Shown piece by piece: positions 9,046-18,791 of a DNA stretch of 64,000 nucleotides (position 1 is the stretch's first letter; every line of letters begins with the position of its first letter). Both the position numbers and the translations under genes were made by a program. This DNA is from an uncultured Gammaproteobacteria bacterium (GTDB lineage: Bacteria > Patescibacteriota > Patescibacteriia > Patescibacteriales > UBA12465): positions 50,782 through 114,781 of the forward strand of contig CAZPPL010000001.1 in assembly GCA_964588465.1 (NCBI GenBank), written 5' to 3'. Below the pieces are notes generated by a model. It did not search any database. It had not been told where the DNA came from and saw nothing but the letters and a program-made list of their open reading frames with translations.

Positions 9046-11742
9046 ATGACTTTATTCCATAGTTTATCTCTTAAGACCAGCTTTTCTAAGCTAAAAAGCT
9101 CCTCTCAGGGTTTAAGTAAAACTGAGGCTAGACATCGCTTAAAAAAATACGGTGCCAATAAACTACCGGCCACCAAATCTTTGGGCCGGCTTTTTATTTT
9201 TATCAGTCAATTCAAAAATCCTTTAATTCTATTACTGCTTGTTGCGGGGATAATCTCTCTTATTATTAGCCAATATCTAGACGCAGAAATTGTGTTTGGG
9301 GCAATACTCATTAATGTTATAATTGGATTTTTTCAAGAAAATAAAGCTAATAATGCCCTGAAACAACTTAAAAAATTAGTAGAATATAAAACTATTGTTC
9401 GTCGTGAAGGAATAAATCAAAAAATTAATAGCTCGGAAATAGTAATAGGGGATATTATAATTTTGCGAGCTGGTGAACAAATTACTGTGGACGCTAGAGT
9501 GATTAGCAGTGTAGATTTGCAAATAAATGAAGCTAGTCTGACTGGAGAGGCTAATCCTATATACAAAAATAATTTAGATTTACCACCAAACACTGTTTTA
9601 GCAGAACGAAAAAATATGGTTTATTCTGGTACAGTGGTAATGGGCGGTAGTGGGGAAGTACTAGTTGTAGCTAAAGGGCAAGAAACTGAACTAGGAAAGA
9701 TTTCTAAATTAATACACGAAATTCCAGAAACTAAAACTCCGCTACAAAAACGTCTAGTCCAACTATCTAGATTTATTAGTTTGATTGCAGTGGTAATCAG
9801 CCTACTTATTATCATCTTAGGATTGATTCAAGGGCGAGATTTTTTCGATATATTTTTAACTGCAGTCGCCGTAGCGGTGGCTGCTGTCCCAGAAGGCTTG
9901 GTAGTAGCGGTTACCGTCATTTTAACTTTAGGAATGAAACAAATTTTACGGAAAAAGGCTTTAACTAGAAAATTATTAGCGGTAGAAACTCTAGGTTCTA
10001 TTACTACTATTTGTACTGATAAGACTGGAACTTTAACTGAAGGAATAATGCAAGTTGCTCATATTATTATTGCTACTAAGAAACTCAGTTTTAGTACTAT
10101 ATTGCACCGAAAAAATAAATCAGAAATGACTAATTTTATTAGGGCTTTAACGGCGGGTCTGTTATGTAATAACGCTATTATAGAAGCAACAAGTGACGGA
10201 CACTCCCTAAAGAGTAGTGGTTCCTCAATAGAAGTCGCCTTACTCAGAGTCGGTCAAGAATTAGGAATAGATCAAAAACAATTATTTAATGAACAAAAAA
10301 AAATAGCGGAACTACCCTTTAGTAGTGAACGTAAATATATGATTACTCTGCATTCACTGGACAATAATTATGTTCTATATGAAAAAGGTGCTCCAGAAAA
10401 AATAATTGCTAAATCTAGTAAATTTTTAAATTCCGATGGATTACAAAATTTAACTGATAAAGAAAAAGTAAAATTATTACAGCAAGTTGAAGAATTGAGT
10501 AGTCAGGGTTTGCGTCTAATTGCTCTAGCAACTAGAAAAATAAATAAATTGCCTTGGGAGCTTCAACAAGAGTCTAAAGACTGGAATAAAATTGATAATA
10601 ACTTGATTTTCATGGGCCTAATTAGTTTTAAGGATCCACTGCGCCCCGAAGCTAGAGAAACTATAGCTTTATGCCGACGAGCTGGTATCCGTCCTATGAT
10701 TATTACTGGTGATCATCCCTTGACTGCTTTTGCTATAGCCCAAGAAGTGGGATTTAGTGATCAACTTAAAGAAGTGGTGAGTGGTCAGGAGTTAGATAAT
10801 GTTAATGAGCAAAATTTAAGGATAATAGTTAAAACTCATAATATTTATGCCCGAGTTAGCCCAGAACATAAGCTAAGAATAGTTCGTGCCTTACGGGCCA
10901 ACGGCGAAGTAGTGGCTATGACTGGTGACGGTTTGAACGATTCACTAGCTCTAAAAACTGCCGACATTGGAGTATGTTTAGGCTCGGGTACAGATGTAGC
11001 TAAAGAAACAGCAGATATTATTTTATTAGATAATAATTTTAAAGTAATTGTAGCCGCTATACGAGAGGGAAGAATTATTTTTAGTAATATTCGTAAATCT
11101 ATAAGCTATCTGATATCTGATTCTTTTTCAGAAATGTTTTTAATTATTGGATCAATATTTTTTGGTTTGCCCTTAGCTATTTTACCCGCTCAAATTCTAT
11201 GGGTTAATATTATAAATGACGGACTCCCTAATTTTTCTTTAGCTTTTGAACGTAGTGATAAAAATGTTATGGACTTAGCTCCACTCAAAAGGAGTGAGGC
11301 TATAGTGAATAAAGAAATGAAAACTATTATTCTGGGACTAGGCTTAACTCGAGATTTAGGAATTTTAATATTATTTATCTATCTTTATAAACATCAATTG
11401 ATTTGGGGTTGGGATATCAACTATTTACGTACTTTCTTTTTTGCTCTATTAGGCTTTAAATCAATTTCAGGAATTTTTAGTTTACGCAGTTTGAGTGTAC
11501 CAATTTATAAAATTCGGCATCTACAGAATCCCTATTTACTTGGAGCTTTCTTCACTAGTTTGCTATTATTAATCTTAGCTATATACTGGGGACCATTACA
11601 AAAATTTATTGGTACTGTGCCCTTAGGATTGACTGCTTGGATCTTTATATCTATTATAGCCTTAATCAATATTCTCATAATAGAAATAATTAAATATTCC
11701 TTTCATAGGAAGGCTAATTATTTTACAAAACTCAATTCTTAA
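9046..11742 (+). CDS. cation-transporting P-type ATPase, P2 (Ca2+-ATPase-like; SERCA/PMCA/PacL type)
   Basis: CTDKTGTLTEG phosphorylation motif, ITGDHPLTA, MTGDGLNDSLALKTADIGV and TGE in the actuator domain; 898 aa with about 10 TM segments. Confidence 0.85.
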   Translation: MTLFHSLSLKTSFSKLKSSSQGLSKTEARHRLKKYGANKLPATKSLGRLFIFISQFKNPLILLLLVAGIISLIISQYLDAEIVFGAILINVIIGFFQENKANNALKQLKKLVEYKTIVRREGINQKINSSEIVIGDIIILRAGEQITVDARVISSVDLQINEASLTGEANPIYKNNLDLPPNTVLAERKNMVYSGTVVMGGSGEVLVVAKGQETELGKISKLIHEIPETKTPLQKRLVQLSRFISLIAVVISLLIIILGLIQGRDFFDIFLTAVAVAVAAVPEGLVVAVTVILTLGMKQILRKKALTRKLLAVETLGSITTICTDKTGTLTEGIMQVAHIIIATKKLSFSTILHRKNKSEMTNFIRALTAGLLCNNAIIEATSDGHSLKSSGSSIEVALLRVGQELGIDQKQLFNEQKKIAELPFSSERKYMITLHSLDNNYVLYEKGAPEKIIAKSSKFLNSDGLQNLTDKEKVKLLQQVEELSSQGLRLIALATRKINKLPWELQQESKDWNKIDNNLIFMGLISFKDPLRPEARETIALCRRAGIRPMIITGDHPLTAFAIAQEVGFSDQLKEVVSGQELDNVNEQNLRIIVKTHNIYARVSPEHKLRIVRALRANGEVVAMTGDGLNDSLALKTADIGVCLGSGTDVAKETADIILLDNNFKVIVAAIREGRIIFSNIRKSISYLISDSFSEMFLIIGSIFFGLPLAILPAQILWVNIINDGLPNFSLAFERSDKNVMDLAPLKRSEAIVNKEMKTIILGLGLTRDLGILILFIYLYKHQLIWGWDINYLRTFFFALLGFKSISGIFSLRSLSVPIYKIRHLQNPYLLGAFFTSLLLLILAIYWGPLQKFIGTVPLGLTAWIFISIIALINILIIEIIKYSFHRKANYFTKLNS

Positions 11743-11754
11743 ACTTAAAATAAT

Positions 11755-12222
11755 ATGAAATTTACTCACCACAAACTTATACTAGCAGTACTTAATATAT
11801 TTACTTTAAGTTTGCTTATAATCTCGGTTAGTATTTTTTTCATTAATAATTCTAAATGGATTGGTCCAATACTAATTATTTTAGCTATACTTTCTTTGGC
11901 CTCGCTTATTCCTTTTAAAATAAAAATAAAATCTGCTTTACCGGATATCACTTTTGGTTTAATAGATAATAGTATTTTAGCAATTTTAGCAATATTTGGT
12001 GGATATTATGCTGGAGTGAGTGGAGCCATCATCGGCGGAGTAGTTGGTAATGCCATAACTGATGGTATTGCTGGTATATTTGAAGGAAAAATGGCGGAAA
12101 AACTAAGATCAATGTTAATTCATGAGGAACGCACTATGCTTAAATCTGCAGTAGGTAAAATAGCTGGCTGTCTATTTGGGGCTGGTATTATTTTGACGAT
12201 AGCCAGTATTATCAGATTTTAA
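11755..12222 (+). CDS. small polytopic membrane protein (155 aa), Gly-zipper rich, unknown function
   Basis: Three to four predicted TM helices and GxxxG-type motifs (GGYYAGVSGAIIGGVVGNAITDGIAGI). Sits between the two P-type ATPase genes. Confidence 0.4.
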   Translation: MKFTHHKLILAVLNIFTLSLLIISVSIFFINNSKWIGPILIILAILSLASLIPFKIKIKSALPDITFGLIDNSILAILAIFGGYYAGVSGAIIGGVVGNAITDGIAGIFEGKMAEKLRSMLIHEERTMLKSAVGKIAGCLFGAGIILTIASIIRF

Positions 12223-12394
12223 ATATATATGGTAAATTAATCTTTGAATATTAAAATAAATTAAAAAATGTGCTATTATATTATAATAATTAAATCTGCT
12301 AGCCAAATACTAATAGTTTGACTATCAATATCCTAATATAATATTAAGCTGACTGTTTTATTAAGATATCAAACTGCAGGCTAATAATAAAATT

Positions 12395-14839
12395 ATGAAG
12401 AAAACAATATCCAGTATAGATTATATAAAAAAAGCCTCAATTAAAGATTTATTTAAAAAATTCTCATCTAATGAGCAAGGGCTTTCCTCTACAGAGGTAA
12501 AATTACGTTTAGAAAAACACGGTTATAATGAAATTTCGGAACATAGAATTAGTCCCTTGTTAAAATTCTTTAGTTATTTTTGGGGGCCCATTCCTTGGAT
12601 GATTGAAATCGCTTCTATTTTGTCGGCGATTATCCATCACTGGGAGGATTTTTGGGTTATTTCAGCTTTATTATTATTAAATGCAATAATTGGATTTTGG
12701 CAAGAACATAAAGCAGATAATGCTATTGAATTATTGAAACAAAAATTAGCTCTAAAAACTAAAGTGTTACGTGATGGTAAATGGTCGGAATTATCTGCTA
12801 GAGAACTAGTACCTGGAGATGTAGTACGTATACGTCTAGGAGATATAGTTCCTGCTGATGTTAAGTTAATAAGCGGTTCTTATTTATCAGTAGATGAATC
12901 TACTCTCACTGGAGAATCACTACCAGTTAATAAACAAACTTCTGATGTTTGTTTTGCTGGTTCTATTATTCGTCAGGGAGAAATGAATGCTTTAGTTGTA
13001 GCTACAGCTATGGATACCTTTTTTGGTCAAACCGCTAAATTAGTAGCCGAAGCTAAAACCCAAAGTCATTTTCAAAAAGCTATTATTAAAATAGGTAATT
13101 ATTTAATTATTTTGGCTGTTGTACTAGTAGCAATTATATTTGTAGTAGCTCTATTCCGTCATGAAGGAGTGTTACAGACTCTTCAATTTGCTCTAGTTTT
13201 GACTATTGCTGCTATTCCAGTGGCTCTACCAGCCGTATTAACGGTCACTATGGCAGTGGGAGCAATTGCCTTAGCTAAAAAGAAAGCTATCGTTAGTAAA
13301 CTGGCTTCTATTGAAGAAATGGCGGGTATGGATATATTATGCTCAGATAAAACTGGGACTATTACTAAAAATGAATTGACCTTGGCTCCAATAAAATCAT
13401 TAGATAAATTTAGTGAAGATGAAGTGTTATTTTTAGCTACTTTAGCTTCTCGCGGAGAAGACCAAGATCCGATTGATGATGCTATTATAGATAAAACCAA
13501 AACTTTAAAAATATTTAGTACCATTCATAACTATAAAATAAGTAATTTTAAACCTTTTGATCCAGTATCTAAACGAACCGAATCCACTATTACCGGTCCC
13601 AATAAGGCTAATTTTAAAGTAACTAAAGGTGCTCCGCAAATCATTTTATCACTAGCAGTTAATAAAAAGGAAATTGGCGCTAAGGTAGAGGCAGAGGTAA
13701 ATGCGTTAGCGACTAAGGGCTATCGATCCTTAGGTGTAGCTAAAACCGACCAAGCAGGGAATTGGCAATTTGCAGGAATTATACCGTTTTTTGATCCTCC
13801 TAGAGAAGATTCGGGTCAAACTATAAAAACTGCTCAATCCATGGGTATAGAAGTCAAGATGGTTACTGGAGATCATATTGCCATTGCCAAAGAGATAGCT
13901 CAACAAGTAAATCTAAGTACTAATATTATACCAGCCACTTCTTTTTTGAATAAGTCTGATAAAGAAGCAGAACATATAATTGAACAAGCGGGTGGTTTTG
14001 CTCAGGTCTATCCCGAACATAAATATCGTATTGTGGAGTTGCTTCAAGCTAGAGGGCATATTGTAGGAATGACTGGAGATGGAGTAAACGATGCTCCAGC
14101 TTTAAAAAAGGCTAATATTGGAATTGCGGTGGCTGGTGCCACTGATGCGGCAAAATCAGCAGCAGCCATTGTGCTCACCTTACCGGGACTCTCCATAATT
14201 ATTAATGCTATTAAGGAGAGCAGAAAAATATTCCAACGCATGAATAGCTATGCTATTTATCGTATAGCAGAGACCATCCGAGTATTGTTTTTTATTACCT
14301 TATCTATTATAGTATTCAATTTTTATCCAGTAACGGCTATCATGATCGTATTATTAGCCTTATTCAACGATGCCCCAATCATGGCCATTGCCTATGATAA
14401 TGTCCATTTTTCTAAGGGATCAGAAAAATGGAACATGAAAAGCGTGTTAAATATGTCTACTTTTTTAGGAATATTGGGAGTTATTTCTTCTTTTGGTATA
14501 TTTTATATTGCTCAGGAAACGTTACATTTACCTAGAGAAATAATGCAATCTTTTATATTTTTAAAACTAGCAGTGGCTGGTCATCTGACTATCTTCGTTA
14601 CTCGTACTAGAGGACATTTCTGGTCTATAAAACCTAGTGCCGCTTTATTCTGGTCAGCGGTAATAACCAAAGCTCTAGCTACCCTGTTAGTAGTATATGG
14701 TTGGTGGGTATCACCGATTGGTTGGGAACTTGCTGGCTTTGTATGGATTTATGCTTTAATCGCTTTCGTCATTACTGACTTCTTGAAGGTTTGGGCCTAT
14801 AAATTCATGGATCGTCGAGAAAAGAAATATTCTAAATAG
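12395..14839 (+). CDS. plasma-membrane-type proton-efflux P-type ATPase (P3A, PMA1/AHA-like)
   Basis: CSDKTGTITKNELT, MVTGDHIAIAKE, and AGGFAQVYPEHKYRIVELLQARGHIVGMTGDGVNDAPALKKANIGIAVAGATDAAKSAAAIVL. The last block is nearly collinear with the conserved PMA1/AHA P-domain. Confidence 0.8.
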   Translation: MKKTISSIDYIKKASIKDLFKKFSSNEQGLSSTEVKLRLEKHGYNEISEHRISPLLKFFSYFWGPIPWMIEIASILSAIIHHWEDFWVISALLLLNAIIGFWQEHKADNAIELLKQKLALKTKVLRDGKWSELSARELVPGDVVRIRLGDIVPADVKLISGSYLSVDESTLTGESLPVNKQTSDVCFAGSIIRQGEMNALVVATAMDTFFGQTAKLVAEAKTQSHFQKAIIKIGNYLIILAVVLVAIIFVVALFRHEGVLQTLQFALVLTIAAIPVALPAVLTVTMAVGAIALAKKKAIVSKLASIEEMAGMDILCSDKTGTITKNELTLAPIKSLDKFSEDEVLFLATLASRGEDQDPIDDAIIDKTKTLKIFSTIHNYKISNFKPFDPVSKRTESTITGPNKANFKVTKGAPQIILSLAVNKKEIGAKVEAEVNALATKGYRSLGVAKTDQAGNWQFAGIIPFFDPPREDSGQTIKTAQSMGIEVKMVTGDHIAIAKEIAQQVNLSTNIIPATSFLNKSDKEAEHIIEQAGGFAQVYPEHKYRIVELLQARGHIVGMTGDGVNDAPALKKANIGIAVAGATDAAKSAAAIVLTLPGLSIIINAIKESRKIFQRMNSYAIYRIAETIRVLFFITLSIIVFNFYPVTAIMIVLLALFNDAPIMAIAYDNVHFSKGSEKWNMKSVLNMSTFLGILGVISSFGIFYIAQETLHLPREIMQSFIFLKLAVAGHLTIFVTRTRGHFWSIKPSAALFWSAVITKALATLLVVYGWWVSPIGWELAGFVWIYALIAFVITDFLKVWAYKFMDRREKKYSK

Positions 14840-14902
14840 TCTAAAATACAATTTTGTCACCAAGATTGTTTAAAATTAATTAAATTGATATTAACATTAA
14901 AT

Positions 14903-14927
14903 AAAATAAGCTTCTAAGCTTATTTTA
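14903..14927 (+). terminator. perfect inverted repeat AAATAAGCTT-CT-AAGCTTATTT followed by a T-rich run, downstream of the P3A ATPase
   Basis: Read directly from the sequence. The stem is AT-rich apart from the GC core, so it is only moderately stable. Confidence 0.35.
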
Positions 14928-15001
14928 TTTTAATTGACTCTTGACAATAATTAGTTTAGCAACTAAACTAATAGGTAATTATATTTAATCATTTTTCTTT
15001 T

Positions 15002-16759
15002 ATGAATAAGACAAAATTTTTTACTAAACAAAAAATTGTTTGGACTATTATTATAATATTAATACTAGGCGGAGCAGGATATTTTTTTACTCGTCCTAAA
15101 AATATTAATACTAATATCCAAACTATTATAGTAAAACGCCAAAATATAGAATCTACAGTACTCAGTACTGGGCAAGTAGTGAGTAAAACAAATCTGAATC
15201 TAAGCTTTCAGAGTAGTGGTGTAGTGAAAAGCCTTATGGTAAAAGTGGGGGATAAAGTTAAATCTGGAGATATTCTAGGCACTCTAAATCAAAATAGTGT
15301 ACGAGCAACTCTAATTAGTGCTCAAGGTTCTTTAGCTCAAGCTCAAGCTAATTATAATAAAATCGCAGATGGAGCTACCGTGGAACAAATTAATGTTTCT
15401 AAGCAGGCAGTCAATACCGCTCAGGTTGCCTATGATAATAGTTTGTCACAATTAGCTATTACTAAAAAATCCACAGCTACAGCGATAAAACAAGCTGAAC
15501 ACACTTTAAATGATTTACAATCACCTAGCCCTCAAGCGAATAATAAAAGAACTGCTATCATAATAACTATAGCTCAACAACTAACTACAGTGAAAACCGA
15601 CTTGGATCAAGAAACCCGAATATTAGCTGATAATAATTTAAAGGATACTTTTGGCGTTTCCAATATATCTAGTTTAAATGAATTTAAAATTACTAAGCCT
15701 AAAATTAAAGGTTTACTAGATCAAGCTGATACCAGTTTAGCCCTTGCTCAGAATTATGAAGATGATACTAATCTAAATCAGGCTATTACTAATGCGATAA
15801 CAGTTTTAAAACAAAATGTCATTACTCTTAATTATGCCTATACCGCCTTACAAGGTTCAATTGTAAGTACTAAATTAACACAAGCTCAATTGGATACCTA
15901 TAAGGTAGCAATAAGCAAAGGAATAAGTTTAGAAAATGCTGGTATTTTACTTATTCATTCTGCTCGTCAAGCTCTAACTGATTCTTTAACTAATGCTAAG
16001 AATACTCTTACTAATACTCAACTAGCTGCTAACCAGCAAATTAACTTAGCACAAGATCGAATAAGAAGTGCTAAGGCCTCTCTACAGCAAGCTCAAGCTG
16101 GTTTAGCTCGATTGACTGCTAAAGCACAAACTAGCGATCTAGCAATGGCTCAAGCTCAAATACTCTCGGCCCAAGGAAACTTAGACTCTGCACAAATCAG
16201 ATTCAATAACACTATTCTTAAAGCTCCTGTTGATGGAACTATAACCGCCGTTGATACCAAGATAGGTCAGCAAATTAATGCTTTACAAGAAGTAATAGTC
16301 CTACAAAATATGAAATCTCTACATACTGAAGCTTATATAAGTGAAGCTAATATTGCTGATTTAAAAGTTGGTCAAATCGTTGATTATACTTTTGATGCTT
16401 TAGGCCCAAATCGCCATTTTAAAGGAAAAATATTTGATATTAATCCTGCCTCCACCCTCATCTCTGGAGTAGTTGATTATTTGGTAAAAGCTACAATACC
16501 CAATATTCCAGAAATTAAACCTGGTATGACCGCTAATATGACCATTCTAGTAAATAGTAAGAGTCAAGTTCTAGCTATTCCAGAAAGTGCAATTATTTAC
16601 CAAGAAAATAAACCCTATGTTCGTCTAATTAATAATCTACAAGACAAGATCTATCATCAAGTTCCTATTCAGACGGGATTACAGGCTGATGGTGGTTTAG
16701 TACAAATTACTTCGGGTCTAAAAATGGGACAAGAAATTGTTACTTATATCAAATCCTAA
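15002..16759 (+). CDS. efflux periplasmic adaptor (HlyD/MacA-like membrane fusion protein), unusually long (585 aa)
   Basis: N-terminal TM anchor, biotinyl/lipoyl-like beta motif (VKVGDKVKSGDILGTL), a very long Q/A/N-rich coiled-coil hairpin, and a C-terminal beta-barrel (ILKAPVDGTITAV...). Located directly upstream of MacB-type genes. Confidence 0.7.
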   Translation: MNKTKFFTKQKIVWTIIIILILGGAGYFFTRPKNINTNIQTIIVKRQNIESTVLSTGQVVSKTNLNLSFQSSGVVKSLMVKVGDKVKSGDILGTLNQNSVRATLISAQGSLAQAQANYNKIADGATVEQINVSKQAVNTAQVAYDNSLSQLAITKKSTATAIKQAEHTLNDLQSPSPQANNKRTAIIITIAQQLTTVKTDLDQETRILADNNLKDTFGVSNISSLNEFKITKPKIKGLLDQADTSLALAQNYEDDTNLNQAITNAITVLKQNVITLNYAYTALQGSIVSTKLTQAQLDTYKVAISKGISLENAGILLIHSARQALTDSLTNAKNTLTNTQLAANQQINLAQDRIRSAKASLQQAQAGLARLTAKAQTSDLAMAQAQILSAQGNLDSAQIRFNNTILKAPVDGTITAVDTKIGQQINALQEVIVLQNMKSLHTEAYISEANIADLKVGQIVDYTFDALGPNRHFKGKIFDINPASTLISGVVDYLVKATIPNIPEIKPGMTANMTILVNSKSQVLAIPESAIIYQENKPYVRLINNLQDKIYHQVPIQTGLQADGGLVQITSGLKMGQEIVTYIKS

Positions 16760-16796
16760 ATTATTAAATTGGTTTTACTTATCTATTTATTATTAT

Positions 16797-17504
16797 ATGA
16801 GTCTAATACAAGTATCTAAACTAACTAAAAATTATGGTAGCGACGGAATCGTTACCCCTGTCCTCAATGAACTTAGTTTTGAGATTAAAGAACAAGAGTT
16901 TGTTACCATTATGGGTCCTTCGGGAAGTGGCAAATCAACTTTAATGCATATTATTGGATTTCTAGATCGTCCTAGTTCCGGCTCTTATAAATTTAAAGGT
17001 CAAGACGTCAAAAATTTTGATGATAATTATTTAGCAGAACTAAGAAATCAAGAGATTGGCTTTGTGTTTCAATCTTTTAATCTATTACCCCGAACTACAG
17101 TTCTAGATAATGTTAAACTACCTCTACTGTATAGTCATAAAAAAAACTATTACGCTTTAGCAAAAAAGGCTTTAGTATCGGTAGGTTTAGAGAATCGTTT
17201 AAATTATTATACTAACCAAATCTCTGGAGGAGAAAGACAGCGTGTAGCTATTGCCAGAGCTCTAGTTTGTAATCCCGCTATTATTATTGCCGACGAACCT
17301 ACAGGTAACTTAGATTCCAAAGCTGGTAATGTTATTATGTATCTTTTACAAAAATTAAATAGTCAAGGGCATACCATTATTTTAGTGACTCATCAAGCGG
17401 AGATCGCTAACCATGCTGAACGAATTATTAGAATTAAAGATGGAAAAATTATTGGTAATGAAATAGTTAAAAACCGAACTTTAGCCCAGGCTGATGGTGA
17501 ATAA
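16797..17504 (+). CDS. ABC transporter ATP-binding protein (MacB/LolD-type)
   Basis: Walker A GPSGSGKST, signature LSGGERQRVAIARAL, Walker B IIIADEPTGNLD. The ORF track starts at 16737 and overlaps the adaptor; the internal ATG at 16797 (MSLIQVSKLTKNYG) gives the canonical N-terminus. Confidence 0.85.
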   Translation: MSLIQVSKLTKNYGSDGIVTPVLNELSFEIKEQEFVTIMGPSGSGKSTLMHIIGFLDRPSSGSYKFKGQDVKNFDDNYLAELRNQEIGFVFQSFNLLPRTTVLDNVKLPLLYSHKKNYYALAKKALVSVGLENRLNYYTNQISGGERQRVAIARALVCNPAIIIADEPTGNLDSKAGNVIMYLLQKLNSQGHTIILVTHQAEIANHAERIIRIKDGKIIGNEIVKNRTLAQADGE

Positions 17505-17514
17505 TTAAGTAAAT

Positions 17515-18786
17515 ATGGATTTATTTATTACGATTAAATTAGTATTTAAAGTTTTATTAGCTAAACGAGGTCGATCGTTTTTAACTATTTTAGGAGTTAT
17601 GATCGGAGTAGCTGGAGTTATTGTTATTATTGCTTTAGGGGCAGGGGCACAAGCTATGGTCTTAGGTCAAGTTACTAAATTGGGCTCTAATCTGTTAAGC
17701 GTACAACCTGGAAAAAGTAATGAAAAAGGTCCTCCAGCTCAAATGTTTGGTATTGTAGTGACTACCCTGATAAACAGTGATGCTAAAGCTTTGCGAAATA
17801 ATGGTGAGGTCCCTCATGCCCTAGCAGTAAATGCTAATGTTCTAGGTCGGGCTACAGTCACTTGGAGAAATAAAAGTATTGACACTAATTTTACTGCTAC
17901 CGACTCTTACTACCCTAAAGTGGTTACAGTTAATATGTCGTCTGGTAAATTCTTTAATGCCCGACAAAATCAAACTGCAGCTAATGTAGTGGTTTTGGGT
18001 TCTACCGTAGCTAAAGAATTATTTGCTCATAGTGGAGTAAAAGCTTTAGGCCAAATTATTAAAGTAAAAAATTCCTCAAGTAGACTAGCTGGAGGTATCC
18101 CTTTACGAGTTATCGGGGTAATTAAACCTAGAGGAACAGCTTTTTTTCAAGATCAAGATGATCAAATAATTCTCCCTTTACTTATTGGACAACGACAACT
18201 ATTAGGTATTAATTATCTGAGGATGATTAACGTTAAAGTTGATTCTAGCCGTAATATACAACAAACAATCCAAGATATTAAACTAATTTTGAATCGGCGT
18301 CATCATATTAGAACAGCATCCGAAGTTGATTATACAATTCGTAATGTAGCCAGTGCTATTGCTCTTCTATCTACCATTACTAACGCTTTACGTTTATTCT
18401 TAACAGTAATGGCTGCTATCGCTCTGATTGTAGGAGGTATTGGTATATTAAATATTATGATGGCTACTGTCGGGGAACGAACTAGGGAGGTAGGTTTACG
18501 TAAAGCCTTAGGGGCAACTAATGGTTCAATTCTTAGACAATTCTTATGGGAAGCAGGAATTCTAACTACTATAGGAGGTATTTGTGGAATTATCATCGGT
18601 ATAATAATTTCTTATGGCATTTTTCTGTTGATGCTACACCTAGGCTATGATTGGGCCTTTGTAATATCTCCGCTTTCAATAATTTTAGCCGTAGGAGTAT
18701 CAGTCTTAACTGGAATTATTTTTGGTCTTTATCCGGCTTTTAAGGCCTCAAAGTTGGATCCAATTGAGGCTCTGCGTTATGAATAA
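17515..18786 (+). CDS. ABC transporter permease, MacB/FtsX-like, with a periplasmic domain
   Basis: N-terminal TM, roughly 220-aa periplasmic domain, and a C-terminal FtsX 3-TM bundle (LRKALGATNGSILRQF...). Confidence 0.8.
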   Translation: MDLFITIKLVFKVLLAKRGRSFLTILGVMIGVAGVIVIIALGAGAQAMVLGQVTKLGSNLLSVQPGKSNEKGPPAQMFGIVVTTLINSDAKALRNNGEVPHALAVNANVLGRATVTWRNKSIDTNFTATDSYYPKVVTVNMSSGKFFNARQNQTAANVVVLGSTVAKELFAHSGVKALGQIIKVKNSSSRLAGGIPLRVIGVIKPRGTAFFQDQDDQIILPLLIGQRQLLGINYLRMINVKVDSSRNIQQTIQDIKLILNRRHHIRTASEVDYTIRNVASAIALLSTITNALRLFLTVMAAIALIVGGIGILNIMMATVGERTREVGLRKALGATNGSILRQFLWEAGILTTIGGICGIIIGIIISYGIFLLMLHLGYDWAFVISPLSIILAVGVSVLTGIIFGLYPAFKASKLDPIEALRYE

Positions 18787-18791
18787 ATATT

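Noticed and set aside
12318-12342. TTGACT plus TATAAT-like hexamers upstream of the P3A ATPase gene.
   Set aside because: The spacer is only about 13 nt, so the pair is not a credible sigma70 promoter. Other -10-like hexamers nearby are indistinguishable from background.
16737-16796. Annotated start of the ABC ATPase ORF overlapping the adaptor gene by 23 nt.
   Set aside because: The internal ATG at 16797 yields the canonical ABC N-terminus (MSLIQVSKLTKNYG). The 20 upstream codons are hydrophobic read-through of the intergenic region.
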